64,000 bases of DNA from contig NC_000964.3 of NCBI RefSeq assembly GCF_000009045.1, forward strand, positions 1,860,001-1,924,000. The letters run 5' to 3'. Shown here piece after piece: positions 54,681-64,000 of this stretch (the stretch's first letter is position 1; each line of letters opens with the position of its first letter). This stretch comes from Bacillus subtilis subsp. subtilis str. 168. Lineage in GTDB: Bacteria; Bacillota; Bacilli; Bacillales; Bacillaceae. The notes under the pieces are model-generated. The model did not search any database, was not told the DNA's origin, and saw nothing but the letters and a program-made list of their open reading frames with translations. Both the position numbers and the translations under genes were made by a program.

Positions 54681-54995
54681 ATGGTGTTTTATATCAGTTT
54701 ATTTCTGATTCTTTGGCTGGCTGCTGGGTTTGCAGTGGGAATGAAACAAGTGTATGTCGATCAGCTGTTTGATAAAGCTGTGATCGAAAGACTGGAAAAA
54801 GAAGCGAATGATCATGGACATGCTGACCGGATGATCAAACAGCGCGTCCTTTATATTGCAGCAGTGACAGTAAGCGGGTTTATTTCTGTTTATTATGAAA
54901 TGAAAACAATCCCGCAAAGGCGAAACATAAGAAAAATTGAAAAAAACATCATGAAATTAAATCAAGCAAAAAAACGAAGAATGAAGAGAAAATAA
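54681..54995 (+). CDS. yndK: Small membrane protein
   Basis: ATG 54681 after AAGGAAGG (ORF track starts at 54630). Confidence 0.7.
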   Translation: MVFYISLFLILWLAAGFAVGMKQVYVDQLFDKAVIERLEKEANDHGHADRMIKQRVLYIAAVTVSGFISVYYEMKTIPQRRNIRKIEKNIMKLNQAKKRRMKRK

Positions 54996-55272
54996 AAAGT
55001 GCACAGGCCAAAGGGCAGGTGCATTTTTGTTTTGTATGGAAAATGGGGGAGGTGGTGCCAGCTTACTTTTCATAAATTCAAAAATGAGAAGAACAGCGCC
55101 CGGGCTAATGGTATATAATATTGTGAATTTAACAAAAATTTAACAAGGAGGACGAGAGAATTCGTGCTAAAGCCTCAAAGAGACCTACATTCTGTTGATT
55201 TGGACTTAGAGGCGGAGTAGATGAAACCGGCCAAAGTATCCCTGCTCCGCCGTTTGCTCCATTCCTTGAAGC
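54995..55272 (-). ncRNA. surA: Small RNA antisense to the yndL 5' end (probably SurA)
   Basis: Minus-strand TTGATG-N18-TACAAT with extended TG (-10 at 55279-55284) and terminator hairpin at 54995-55028 give about 280 nt; agrees with my recollection of SurA between yndK and yndL. Confidence 0.7.
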
Positions 55273-55979
55273 ATGTTGATTGTAACATAGCCAAACGTTT
55301 TCCATCAACTATTAAAATTGTAAAATTATTGATGATTTTTATGGTGTTTACTCCGATTTCTTCAATTTATGCTGAAGATGTATATCAGAATTTTGAGGAA
55401 TTAAAAAACAATGAAGATCCTTCTGATTATGGCGTTGTTACGAAAGAAACCGGAAGCCCTGTTCTTGTTTTAGCTATTCACGGAGGAGGTATTGAAGGCG
55501 GGACAAGTGAAGTAGCGAGAGAGCTCAGCAAAGAGTACTCGATGTATTTATTTGAAGGCTTAAAATCGGCAGGAAACTCAGTCCTGCACATTACGAGCAC
55601 ACACTTTGATGAACCTCGGGCCCTTAAAATGACGGGAAATCATGAATATGTCATTTCATTACACGGGTACGCAGAAGAAGATCAGCAGATCGAAGTCGGC
55701 GGTACAGATCGCGTAAGAGCGGCAGATTTAGTTGAGAAATTGCAGCATGCCGGTTTTCCTGCTGTATTGCTCAATATGGACCATCCGCATGCGGGCGTTA
55801 GTCCGAATAACATTGCAAATAAATCAAAAACAGGTTTAAGTATTCAGATAGAAATGAGCACAGGGTTTCGAAAGTCTTTGTTCGGCATCTTTTCTTTAAA
55901 AAGCAGAGCTGTTACTCAAAATGAGAGGTTTTATGAGTTTACAGAAGTGATGTTCCGTTTTCTCAAAAATAGCTACTGA
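55221..55979 (+). CDS. yndL: Phage-related poly-gamma-glutamate hydrolase (PghP-like)
   Basis: IHGGGIEGG, LHITSTHFDEP and SLHG; paralog of ymaC. Confidence 0.88.
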   Translation: MKPAKVSLLRRLLHSLKHVDCNIAKRFPSTIKIVKLLMIFMVFTPISSIYAEDVYQNFEELKNNEDPSDYGVVTKETGSPVLVLAIHGGGIEGGTSEVARELSKEYSMYLFEGLKSAGNSVLHITSTHFDEPRALKMTGNHEYVISLHGYAEEDQQIEVGGTDRVRAADLVEKLQHAGFPAVLLNMDHPHAGVSPNNIANKSKTGLSIQIEMSTGFRKSLFGIFSLKSRAVTQNERFYEFTEVMFRFLKNSY

Positions 55980-56005
55980 AAAATAGGAGGCGATAAGACA
56001 GCCTC

Positions 56006-56455
56006 CTATTCCTTATGCTTCTCTTTCGTTTCGGGAAACAGCTCGTCCGCGGCTTCCGTTTGATACTGCAACGTGTTATCTCTCGCTGACAGTTCATTTC
56101 GGAAATTTTCATCAAGCACATTTTTCAGTAAATACCGATGAAAAAAGTATTCAAAAACAGTAAGACAGGCAGCGGAAAGGAGAGCCGCTCCAAATGGTGA
56201 GAAATCGTTTCTTGTTTGGGTTAAAACAAATACCCAAAGAATAACGAATGAAAGGCCAAAGTCAGCCAATGAAGCTGTAATATTGTTTGTTCTGGGTAAG
56301 ACGAGCATGTCACCAGAAAGATAGGAAACAAAACCTAAGAAAAGTGCAATAAACATCACACTTAAAAAGGATGCGTGATAGACTCTGTCCAAAATCACAT
56401 ATAAAAGGGCGAGAGTGAAAGCAATCTTTGAAGCAAGCGCAATGATATGTTTCAT
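56006..56455 (-). CDS. yndM: YndM-family membrane protein
   Basis: SYLSGD.LVLP..NN..A..ADFG; probable ATG 56455 after AGGTGG. Confidence 0.78.
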   Translation of the reverse strand: MKHIIALASKIAFTLALLYVILDRVYHASFLSVMFIALFLGFVSYLSGDMLVLPRTNNITASLADFGLSFVILWVFVLTQTRNDFSPFGAALLSAACLTVFEYFFHRYLLKNVLDENFRNELSARDNTLQYQTEAADELFPETKEKHKE

Positions 56456-56662
56456 TTGACCACCTAAATTGTTATTTTTTGAAGAAAATTCTTGGGCGTA
56501 AACAAATGATAAATAATGCAATTCAAAACCATTCATAATGGTCATGTTACTATTTTAAACAGTCCGTTTTTGTTTACACTGGTATTTTTTTCAGCTGTAT
56601 GAAACTTTCTTATGAAAAAAGTCGTATATGTGGATGATCAGCTTTCAAGGGGGGAATGATTT

Positions 56663-57097
56663 GTGGAGATAAAAGGAATCAATCACTTGCTATTTTCAGT
56701 TTCGCATTTGGATACATCGATTGATTTTTATCAAAAAGTGTTTGGTGCAAAGCTTTTGGTAAAGGGAAGAACAACTGCATATTTTGATATGAACGGCATC
56801 TGGCTAGCGCTTAATGAAGAACCAGACATCCCGAGAAATGACATTAAGCTTTCTTATACCCATATTGCTTTTACAATTGAAGATCATGAATTTGAGGAGA
56901 TGTCAGCTAAATTAAAAAGACTTCATGTCAATATTCTGCCTGGCAGAGAACGAGATGAACGCGATCGAAAATCAATTTATTTTACCGACCCTGACGGCCA
57001 CAAATTTGAATTTCATACCGGAACCCTTCAAGACAGGCTTCGATATTACAAACAAGAAAAAACGCATATGCACTTTTATGATGAAACGGCCTTTTGA
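56663..57097 (+). CDS. fosB: Fosfomycin resistance bacillithiol-S-transferase
   Basis: VOC fold: [14 protein letters not shown] and [10 protein letters not shown]. Confidence 0.96.
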   Translation: MEIKGINHLLFSVSHLDTSIDFYQKVFGAKLLVKGRTTAYFDMNGIWLALNEEPDIPRNDIKLSYTHIAFTIEDHEFEEMSAKLKRLHVNILPGRERDERDRKSIYFTDPDGHKFEFHTGTLQDRLRYYKQEKTHMHFYDETAF

Positions 57098-57295
57098 TAG
57101 CACAACCATATTTCATATAAGGTTAAATTTAAAGAAGGGTGTTGGTGGAGACTTTATGTTTGGGGAAGGTTTCTACCCGACTTGTTCAACGATGCCATAT
57201 CTTTTGAACTGCACAAGTGATTGGGTGAAGGTGAAATTGAAATACACATTACATTACATTTTATATGAAGAAAGCGAGCTGTTTTATCAAATGTT

Positions 57296-57324
57296 GAACT
57301 AATTAAACTATGTACTAAATTTTC
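57296..57324 (+). other. RTP-binding replication terminator (Ter) site
   Basis: GAACTAATTAAACTATGTACTAAATTTTC, exact match to the recalled consensus. Confidence 0.88.
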
Positions 57325-57504
57325 AGTATATTTCAATTGCTTTGCCCCTTAATAAATATAAAACCGCATCCTTCCACGACCTAAAAAATGAAACGTTTTT
57401 AAGAAGATGGCGTCTAATATTCTAAATGTTCATATTTTGATAAAAGTTTCCTAAAGGAAAGAAAATTTCTTGACTTCAACAATCTTTTGGTGGATAATTA
57501 TGGT

Positions 57505-57573
57505 GTAAACATGATGTTCTTTTTCCTCCTATTCGGGCTCGCACCCAAAAGTCAGGGCGAGCCTGCTTTTTTT
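57505..57573 (+). ncRNA. Candidate ~70-nt sRNA with anti-SD motif
   Basis: TTGACT-N17-GATAAT (57470-57498); TTTTTCCTCCT; GGCTCGC/GCGAGCC hairpin plus T7. Confidence 0.65.
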
Positions 57574-57581
57574 GAACAACA

Positions 57582-57611
57582 AACCCCCTCTCCGTAAAGG
57601 AAGAGGGGGTT
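57582..57611 (-). terminator. lexA terminator
   Basis: AACCCCCTCT...AGAGGGGGTT. Confidence 0.8.
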
Positions 57612-57638
57612 ATTTTATGCATCTGATAGATCAATAGA

Positions 57639-58256
57639 TTAATGGACGGTTCTGAACACGCCAATCACTTTCCCTAGAATGCTGACATTCTGCAAAATGA
57701 TAGGTTCCATCGTTGGGTTCTCAGGCTGCAAGCGAATGTGGGTATCCTCTTTATAGAATCGTTTTACAGTTGCTTCATCATCTTCTGTCATCGCAACTAC
57801 AATTTCCCCATTGTTCGCTGTGTTTTGCTGTTTAACGATGACATAGTCCTTATCGAGAATACCAGCATCTATCATACTGTCTCCCATAATCTCCAGCATA
57901 AATACATGCTCGTCTGGAGGAACCATGCGGTCAGGGAGCGGAAAATATTCTTCAATATTTTCTACTGCTGTAATAGGAGATCCCGCCGTGACTTTCCCGA
58001 TGACCGGTACATTAACGACCTGGCTTTGCGGAATGTCTACTTCTTCATCAAGAATTTCTATTGCTCTTGGTTTTGTCGGATCTCGTCTGATCAGCCCTTT
58101 TGTTTCCAAACGGGCCAAATGGCCGTGGACAGTAGAACTGGACGCAAGCCCGACAGCCTCTCCGATCTCTCTCACGGAAGGCGGATATCCTTTTGATTTA
58201 ACCTCTGCTTTAATAAAACGGAGGATATCAAGTTGCCTTTTTGATAGCTTCGTCAT
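57639..58256 (-). CDS. lexA: SOS repressor LexA
   Basis: [14 protein letters not shown] cleavage site, GDSM and VKR. Confidence 0.98.
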   Translation of the reverse strand: MTKLSKRQLDILRFIKAEVKSKGYPPSVREIGEAVGLASSSTVHGHLARLETKGLIRRDPTKPRAIEILDEEVDIPQSQVVNVPVIGKVTAGSPITAVENIEEYFPLPDRMVPPDEHVFMLEIMGDSMIDAGILDKDYVIVKQQNTANNGEIVVAMTEDDEATVKRFYKEDTHIRLQPENPTMEPIILQNVSILGKVIGVFRTVH

Positions 58257-58314
58257 TTTTCGCACCTCAAAACGTCGATTTTAAGAAGATTATAGCATGA
58301 TTTTCCTTACAGTA

Positions 58315-58394
58315 CAAACATAGGTTCGAAAAAACAATTGACAGAAACGTTTGTTCGTATATACTGAAATTATAAAAATGCGAACAAACATTCC
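58315..58394. promoter_or_regulatory. Three SOS boxes and the divergent lexA/yneA promoters
   Basis: CAAACATAGGTTCG (58315), GAAACGTTTGTTCG (58344), CGAACAAACATTCC (58381); TTGACA at 58338. Confidence 0.9.
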
Positions 58395-58405
58395 TGTTGG
58401 AGGTT

Positions 58406-58723
58406 ATGATCATGAGTAAAGAATCTATTATTTTTGTCGGTCTGTTTACAGTGATTTTGAGCGCGGTTATCCTTATGCTGTCATATACAAGCAGCGGCCA
58501 AGAGCTTAATCAGTATGTTAAAATAGAAGTCCAGCAAGGCGACACACTCTGGTCAATTGCTGATCAGGTAGCCGATACAAAAAAGATAAACAAAAATGAT
58601 TTTATTGAATGGGTAGCTGATAAAAATCAACTTCAAACCTCTGATATCCAGCCGGGTGATGAGTTAGTGATCCCATTGAAAAAGAAGCATCAGGATGCAT
58701 ATGAATTAGCAACTGTAAGATAG
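58406..58723 (+). CDS. yneA: SOS cell-division inhibitor YneA
   Basis: TM segment plus LysM domain (VQQGDTLWSIA). Confidence 0.93.
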   Translation: MIMSKESIIFVGLFTVILSAVILMLSYTSSGQELNQYVKIEVQQGDTLWSIADQVADTKKINKNDFIEWVADKNQLQTSDIQPGDELVIPLKKKHQDAYELATVR

Positions 58724-59692
<969 letters not shown>

Positions 59693-59860
59693 TATAAGAG
59701 GAATACGGCAATATCGTATTCCTCTTTTGCATATACTATAATCAAAACTCTTATGTGACAAAATTCAACAAGTTTCTCTCAAATTTAAGCTGAAACAGTT
59801 GAGAAAAAGTCGTCAGACATTTATGATGTAAGGGTACAACACATAAGGAAGGGGATTTTT

Positions 59861-61864
59861 ATGGATACAATTGAAAAGAAATCAGTTGCTACCATTCGCA
59901 CACTGTCAATAGACGCTATTGAAAAAGCAAATTCTGGTCACCCAGGGATGCCGATGGGAGCCGCTCCAATGGCATACACGCTGTGGACAAAATTTATGAA
60001 CGTAAGTCCGGCAAACCCTGGCTGGTTTAACCGTGACCGTTTTGTTTTATCTGCTGGACACGGGTCAGCACTATTATACAGCATGCTTCATTTAAGCGGG
60101 TTTGATCTTAGTATTGAAGATCTTAAGGGATTCCGCCAGTGGGGCAGCAAAACACCAGGACATCCGGAATTCGGACATACTGCCGGTGTTGATGCTACAA
60201 CAGGTCCGCTTGGCCAAGGAATTGCCATGGCAGTCGGTATGGCAATTGCTGAACGCCATTTAGCGGAAACATACAACCGCGATTCATTTAACGTAGTCGA
60301 TCATTATACATACAGTATTTGCGGTGATGGTGATTTAATGGAAGGTATTTCTTCTGAAGCCGCTTCACTCGCAGGCCATCTTCAGCTTGGCCGTCTGATC
60401 GTACTATACGATTCTAATGACATCTCTCTTGATGGAGACCTCGACCGTTCATTCTCTGAAAACGTGAAACAGCGTTTTGAAGCAATGAATTGGGAAGTTC
60501 TTTATGTTGAGGATGGAAACAATATTGAAGAATTAACAGCGGCTATCGAAAAAGCACGCCAAAATGAAAAGAAACCTACATTAATTGAAGTGAAAACGAC
60601 AATCGGATTCGGTTCACCTAACCGTGCCGGTACATCCGGTGTTCACGGTGCGCCGCTTGGTAAAGAAGAAAGCAAATTAACAAAAGAAGCTTACGCGTGG
60701 ACATATGAAGAAGACTTCTACGTTCCGTCAGAAGTTTATGAGCATTTCGCTGTAGCTGTTAAAGAATCAGGTGAGAAAAAAGAACAAGAATGGAATGCTC
60801 AATTCGCTAAATATAAAGAAGTTTATCCTGAACTTGCTGAACAGCTTGAACTGGCAATCAAAGGAGAGCTTCCGAAGGACTGGGATCAAGAGGTTCCTGT
60901 GTATGAAAAAGGAAGCAGTTTGGCATCCCGTGCATCTTCCGGTGAAGTTCTCAACGGACTTGCGAAAAAAATTCCTTTCTTTGTCGGAGGTTCTGCTGAC
61001 CTAGCGGGATCGAACAAAACGACTATTAAAAATGCCGGTGATTTTACAGCGGTTGATTACTCAGGCAAAAACTTCTGGTTTGGTGTACGTGAATTTGCGA
61101 TGGGTGCGGCCTTAAACGGTATGGCGCTTCATGGCGGTCTTCGTGTATTCGGCGGAACTTTCTTTGTCTTCTCTGATTACCTGCGTCCTGCGATTCGCCT
61201 TGCAGCGTTAATGGGCCTTCCTGTGACATATGTCTTCACACATGACAGTATTGCGGTTGGTGAAGACGGTCCGACGCACGAGCCTGTTGAACAGCTTGCT
61301 TCACTCCGTGCGATGCCTAACCTTTCTTTGATCCGTCCAGCAGACGGCAATGAGACAGCAGCAGCATGGAAGCTTGCAGTGCAAAGCACTGACCACCCAA
61401 CAGCGCTAGTGCTTACACGTCAAAACCTTCCTACCATCGATCAAACATCTGAAGAAGCATTGGCAGGAGTAGAAAAAGGTGCATATGTCGTTTCTAAATC
61501 TAAAAACGAAACACCTGACGCTCTTCTCATCGCTTCCGGATCAGAGGTAGGTCTTGCAATTGAAGCGCAGGCTGAATTGGCAAAAGAAAATATCGATGTT
61601 TCTGTTGTCAGCATGCCTTCAATGGACCGTTTTGAGAAACAATCTGATGAATACAAAAACGAAGTCCTTCCTGCAGATGTGAAAAAACGTCTTGCAATTG
61701 AAATGGGCTCATCATTTGGATGGGGCAAATACACGGGGCTTGAAGGTGACGTTCTCGGCATAGACCGATTCGGTGCATCTGCTCCTGGTGAAACCATCAT
61801 TAACGAATACGGCTTCTCAGTTCCGAACGTAGTGAATCGAGTTAAGGCATTAATCAATAAGTAA
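59861..61864 (+). CDS. tkt: Transketolase
   Basis: [16 protein letters not shown] motif and EDGPTH. Confidence 0.99.
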
Positions 61865-62016
61865 GCTTTTGAAAGAGGATGAGTCAAATCATCCTCTTTT
61901 TCTTGTTTATCCGACAAAAATAGTATTGGCTGTTTAACAGTAATAGACAATTCTTTCTTTTCTTCTTTTGTATAATAGAGAGCAAATGAAATGCTGCTGG
62001 AAAAGGGGATGAAAAG

Positions 62017-62463
62017 ATGGAACGTCACTACTATACGTACCTGATCAAAGAGGAATTTGCCAATCACTATTTCGGCCGGGAATCGGTTATGTTTGAGCTG
62101 TTTCAAGACTATCATTGGACAAGCCTTGAAAAGCAGCAGTATGAAATGACAGAGAAACAGATTCAATATATTACACAACCAATCCCGATTTTACATATGC
62201 ATCAGCGGTTAAAAATGAATTTAAACAAGACGGATTACAGGCAGCTGGATTATATTTATAGAATAGCTTTGCCGAAAGCAAAAGGCCACGCGACGTTTAT
62301 GATGAAGGAGCACATGATAGAAATTGTGGCTTCGGGAGATTACGAGGCAGAAACGATATTCTTTGAAGTGTTAAGAAAAGTAAGCCCTTGCTTTTTAGCA
62401 ATGGATTTCAATTCGAAGCGTTACGGATGGCTAAATCCGGTGAAAGAAAGAAATTTTGTCTAA
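62017..62463 (+). CDS. sirA: Sporulation inhibitor of replication SirA
   Basis: Recognised sequence and position after tkt. Confidence 0.9.
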   Translation: MERHYYTYLIKEEFANHYFGRESVMFELFQDYHWTSLEKQQYEMTEKQIQYITQPIPILHMHQRLKMNLNKTDYRQLDYIYRIALPKAKGHATFMMKEHMIEIVASGDYEAETIFFEVLRKVSPCFLAMDFNSKRYGWLNPVKERNFV

Positions 62464-62548
62464 AACCGAAGAAAAAGAGATGTAAATGTTGTATAATAGC
62501 TTTTGGTTTAGTACACTTTAAACTAGACAACATGAAGGAGGAAATAAA

Positions 62549-62767
62549 ATGACTTTATGGGTTGGCATCCTAGTGGGCGTTGTTGCATTGCTCATAGGTG
62601 TTGCACTCGGGTTTTTTATTGCTCGTAAATATATGATGAGCTACCTGAAAAAGAATCCGCCTATTAATGAACAAATGTTACGCATGATGATGATGCAAAT
62701 GGGAATGAAACCTTCTCAAAAGAAAATCAATCAAATGATGAAAGCCATGAATAATCAAACGAAATAA
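62549..62767 (+). CDS. yneF: UPF0154 membrane protein
   Basis: TM helix plus [17 protein letters not shown]. Confidence 0.9.
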   Translation: MTLWVGILVGVVALLIGVALGFFIARKYMMSYLKKNPPINEQMLRMMMMQMGMKPSQKKINQMMKAMNNQTK

Positions 62768-62840
62768 TACGTAAAGATTATGATATAGAGAAACATGGTT
62801 ATAAAATAAAAAACCCTTATACGGGTTTTTTATTTTGCAA

Positions 62841-63014
62841 TCATTCATCACCCGCTACTGCTCGAAGGCGCTGCTTTTGATATTGTATGAGAAGATGGTC
62901 AAGCTCCTGACTGAGCTCTATCGTAATATGAGATGTCATTCCGTTCGCCATGACAATTTGCAGCAGCTCTGCTCTTTTTTTTTCAATTTCTTTTAATAGA
63001 TGCTCTCTAATCAC
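62841..63014 (-). CDS. ynzD: Spo0E-like aspartyl-phosphate phosphatase
   Basis: SQELD motif; GTG start. Confidence 0.9.
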   Translation of the reverse strand: MIREHLLKEIEKKRAELLQIVMANGMTSHITIELSQELDHLLIQYQKQRLRAVAGDE

Positions 63015-63233
63015 AGGGATGTATCCTTTCATACATTAGATCTTCAAAGTGAATGTTTATATTATATCCATATTTATACTAATTTTCAAATGAGAAGGAG
63101 TATAATGTCTCAATGTCAAATTAAATTATATAAGTTTTTTCTGAAAATAGAAATCCTTCAAGTGAAAGTGTTAAAAAAATGAAATGATTTTGTCATAACT
63201 TGAAGGAATGTCAAATCATGAAGGGATGATGAC

Positions 63234-63941
63234 ATGGGAGACGTGAATTATTTTTTGACATTCGGAGCGGGGTTTTTATCCTTTATTTCGCCTTGCTGCC
63301 TGCCGCTTTACCCAGCTTTTTTGTCATATATTACAGGGGTCAGCATGGACGATGTAAAAACTGAAAAGCTGCTGCTGCAGAAAAGAAGCTTGTTTCATAC
63401 TTTGTGTTTTTTGCTTGGCTTTTCAGTCATTTTTATTGCTTTAGGCTATGGAACATCTTTTATTGGCAGCCTGTTTAGGGATTATCACGATGCGATTCGG
63501 CAAATTGGCGCGTTGCTTATTATTTTGTTCGGTTTCATTACACTCGGTGTGTTCCGGCCTGAGGCTATGATGAAAGAGCGGAGAATCCATTTTAAGCATA
63601 AACCAAGCGGGTTTTTAGGGTCGGTCTTAATCGGAATGGCATTTGCAGCTGGATGGACACCATGTACCGGTCCGATATTAGCTGCTGTTATCACACTTGC
63701 AGGCACCAATCCGGGCTCAGCGGTGCCATACATGATGTTATATGTACTCGGTTTTGCGGTACCGTTTCTTTTATTGTCTTTTTTTATCACAAAGCTGAAG
63801 TGGATAAGGAAGAACCAGCTTTTCATTATGAAAGCTGGTGGCGTTTTGATGATTGTGATTGGTGTGCTGTTATTCTTTAATTGGATGAGCCTGATCATTA
63901 TTTTGCTGTCAGATCTTTTTGGAGGCTTTACTGGTTTTTGA
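63234..63941 (+). CDS. ccdA: Membrane thiol-disulfide transfer protein CcdA
   Basis: FISPCCLP and GWTPCTGP. Confidence 0.96.
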
Positions 63942-64000
63942 CGGTAAATTACTTTCGTACTACTACTAATCCTTTTGTTTTTGGTACAATAAGACTATTA

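Overview
Gene content and order match the Bacillus subtilis (168-like) chromosome shortly before the replication terminus, from ymzB/aprX to ccdA. This identification is from recognition of the proteins; no search was run. Core genes: miaA-hfq, nrdIEF-ymaB, cwlC, spoVK, hflX-ynbB-glnRA, xynPB-xylR-xylAB, yndDEF germinant receptor-like operon, fosB, lexA, yneA-yneB-ynzC, tkt, sirA, ccdA. From the end of glnA (about 19.8 kb) to about 44.8 kb the sequence is visibly AT-rich and mosaic, with phage-like and immunity-like genes and several decayed genes. No rRNA, tRNA, CRISPR array or intact mobile element was found. Signals missing from the ORF track: three co-oriented RTP-type Ter sites; an SOS-boxed promoter driving a frameshifted WYL-like gene; gene remnants of an SRAP peptidase, a second thermonuclease, a GH11 xylanase and a WXG100-like protein; several small ORFs under 60 aa with good RBSs; and two small RNAs carrying anti-Shine-Dalgarno motifs. 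The best candidate for an undescribed system is the 20-26.5 kb island, which looks like a decaying WXG100, immunity and defence cassette.
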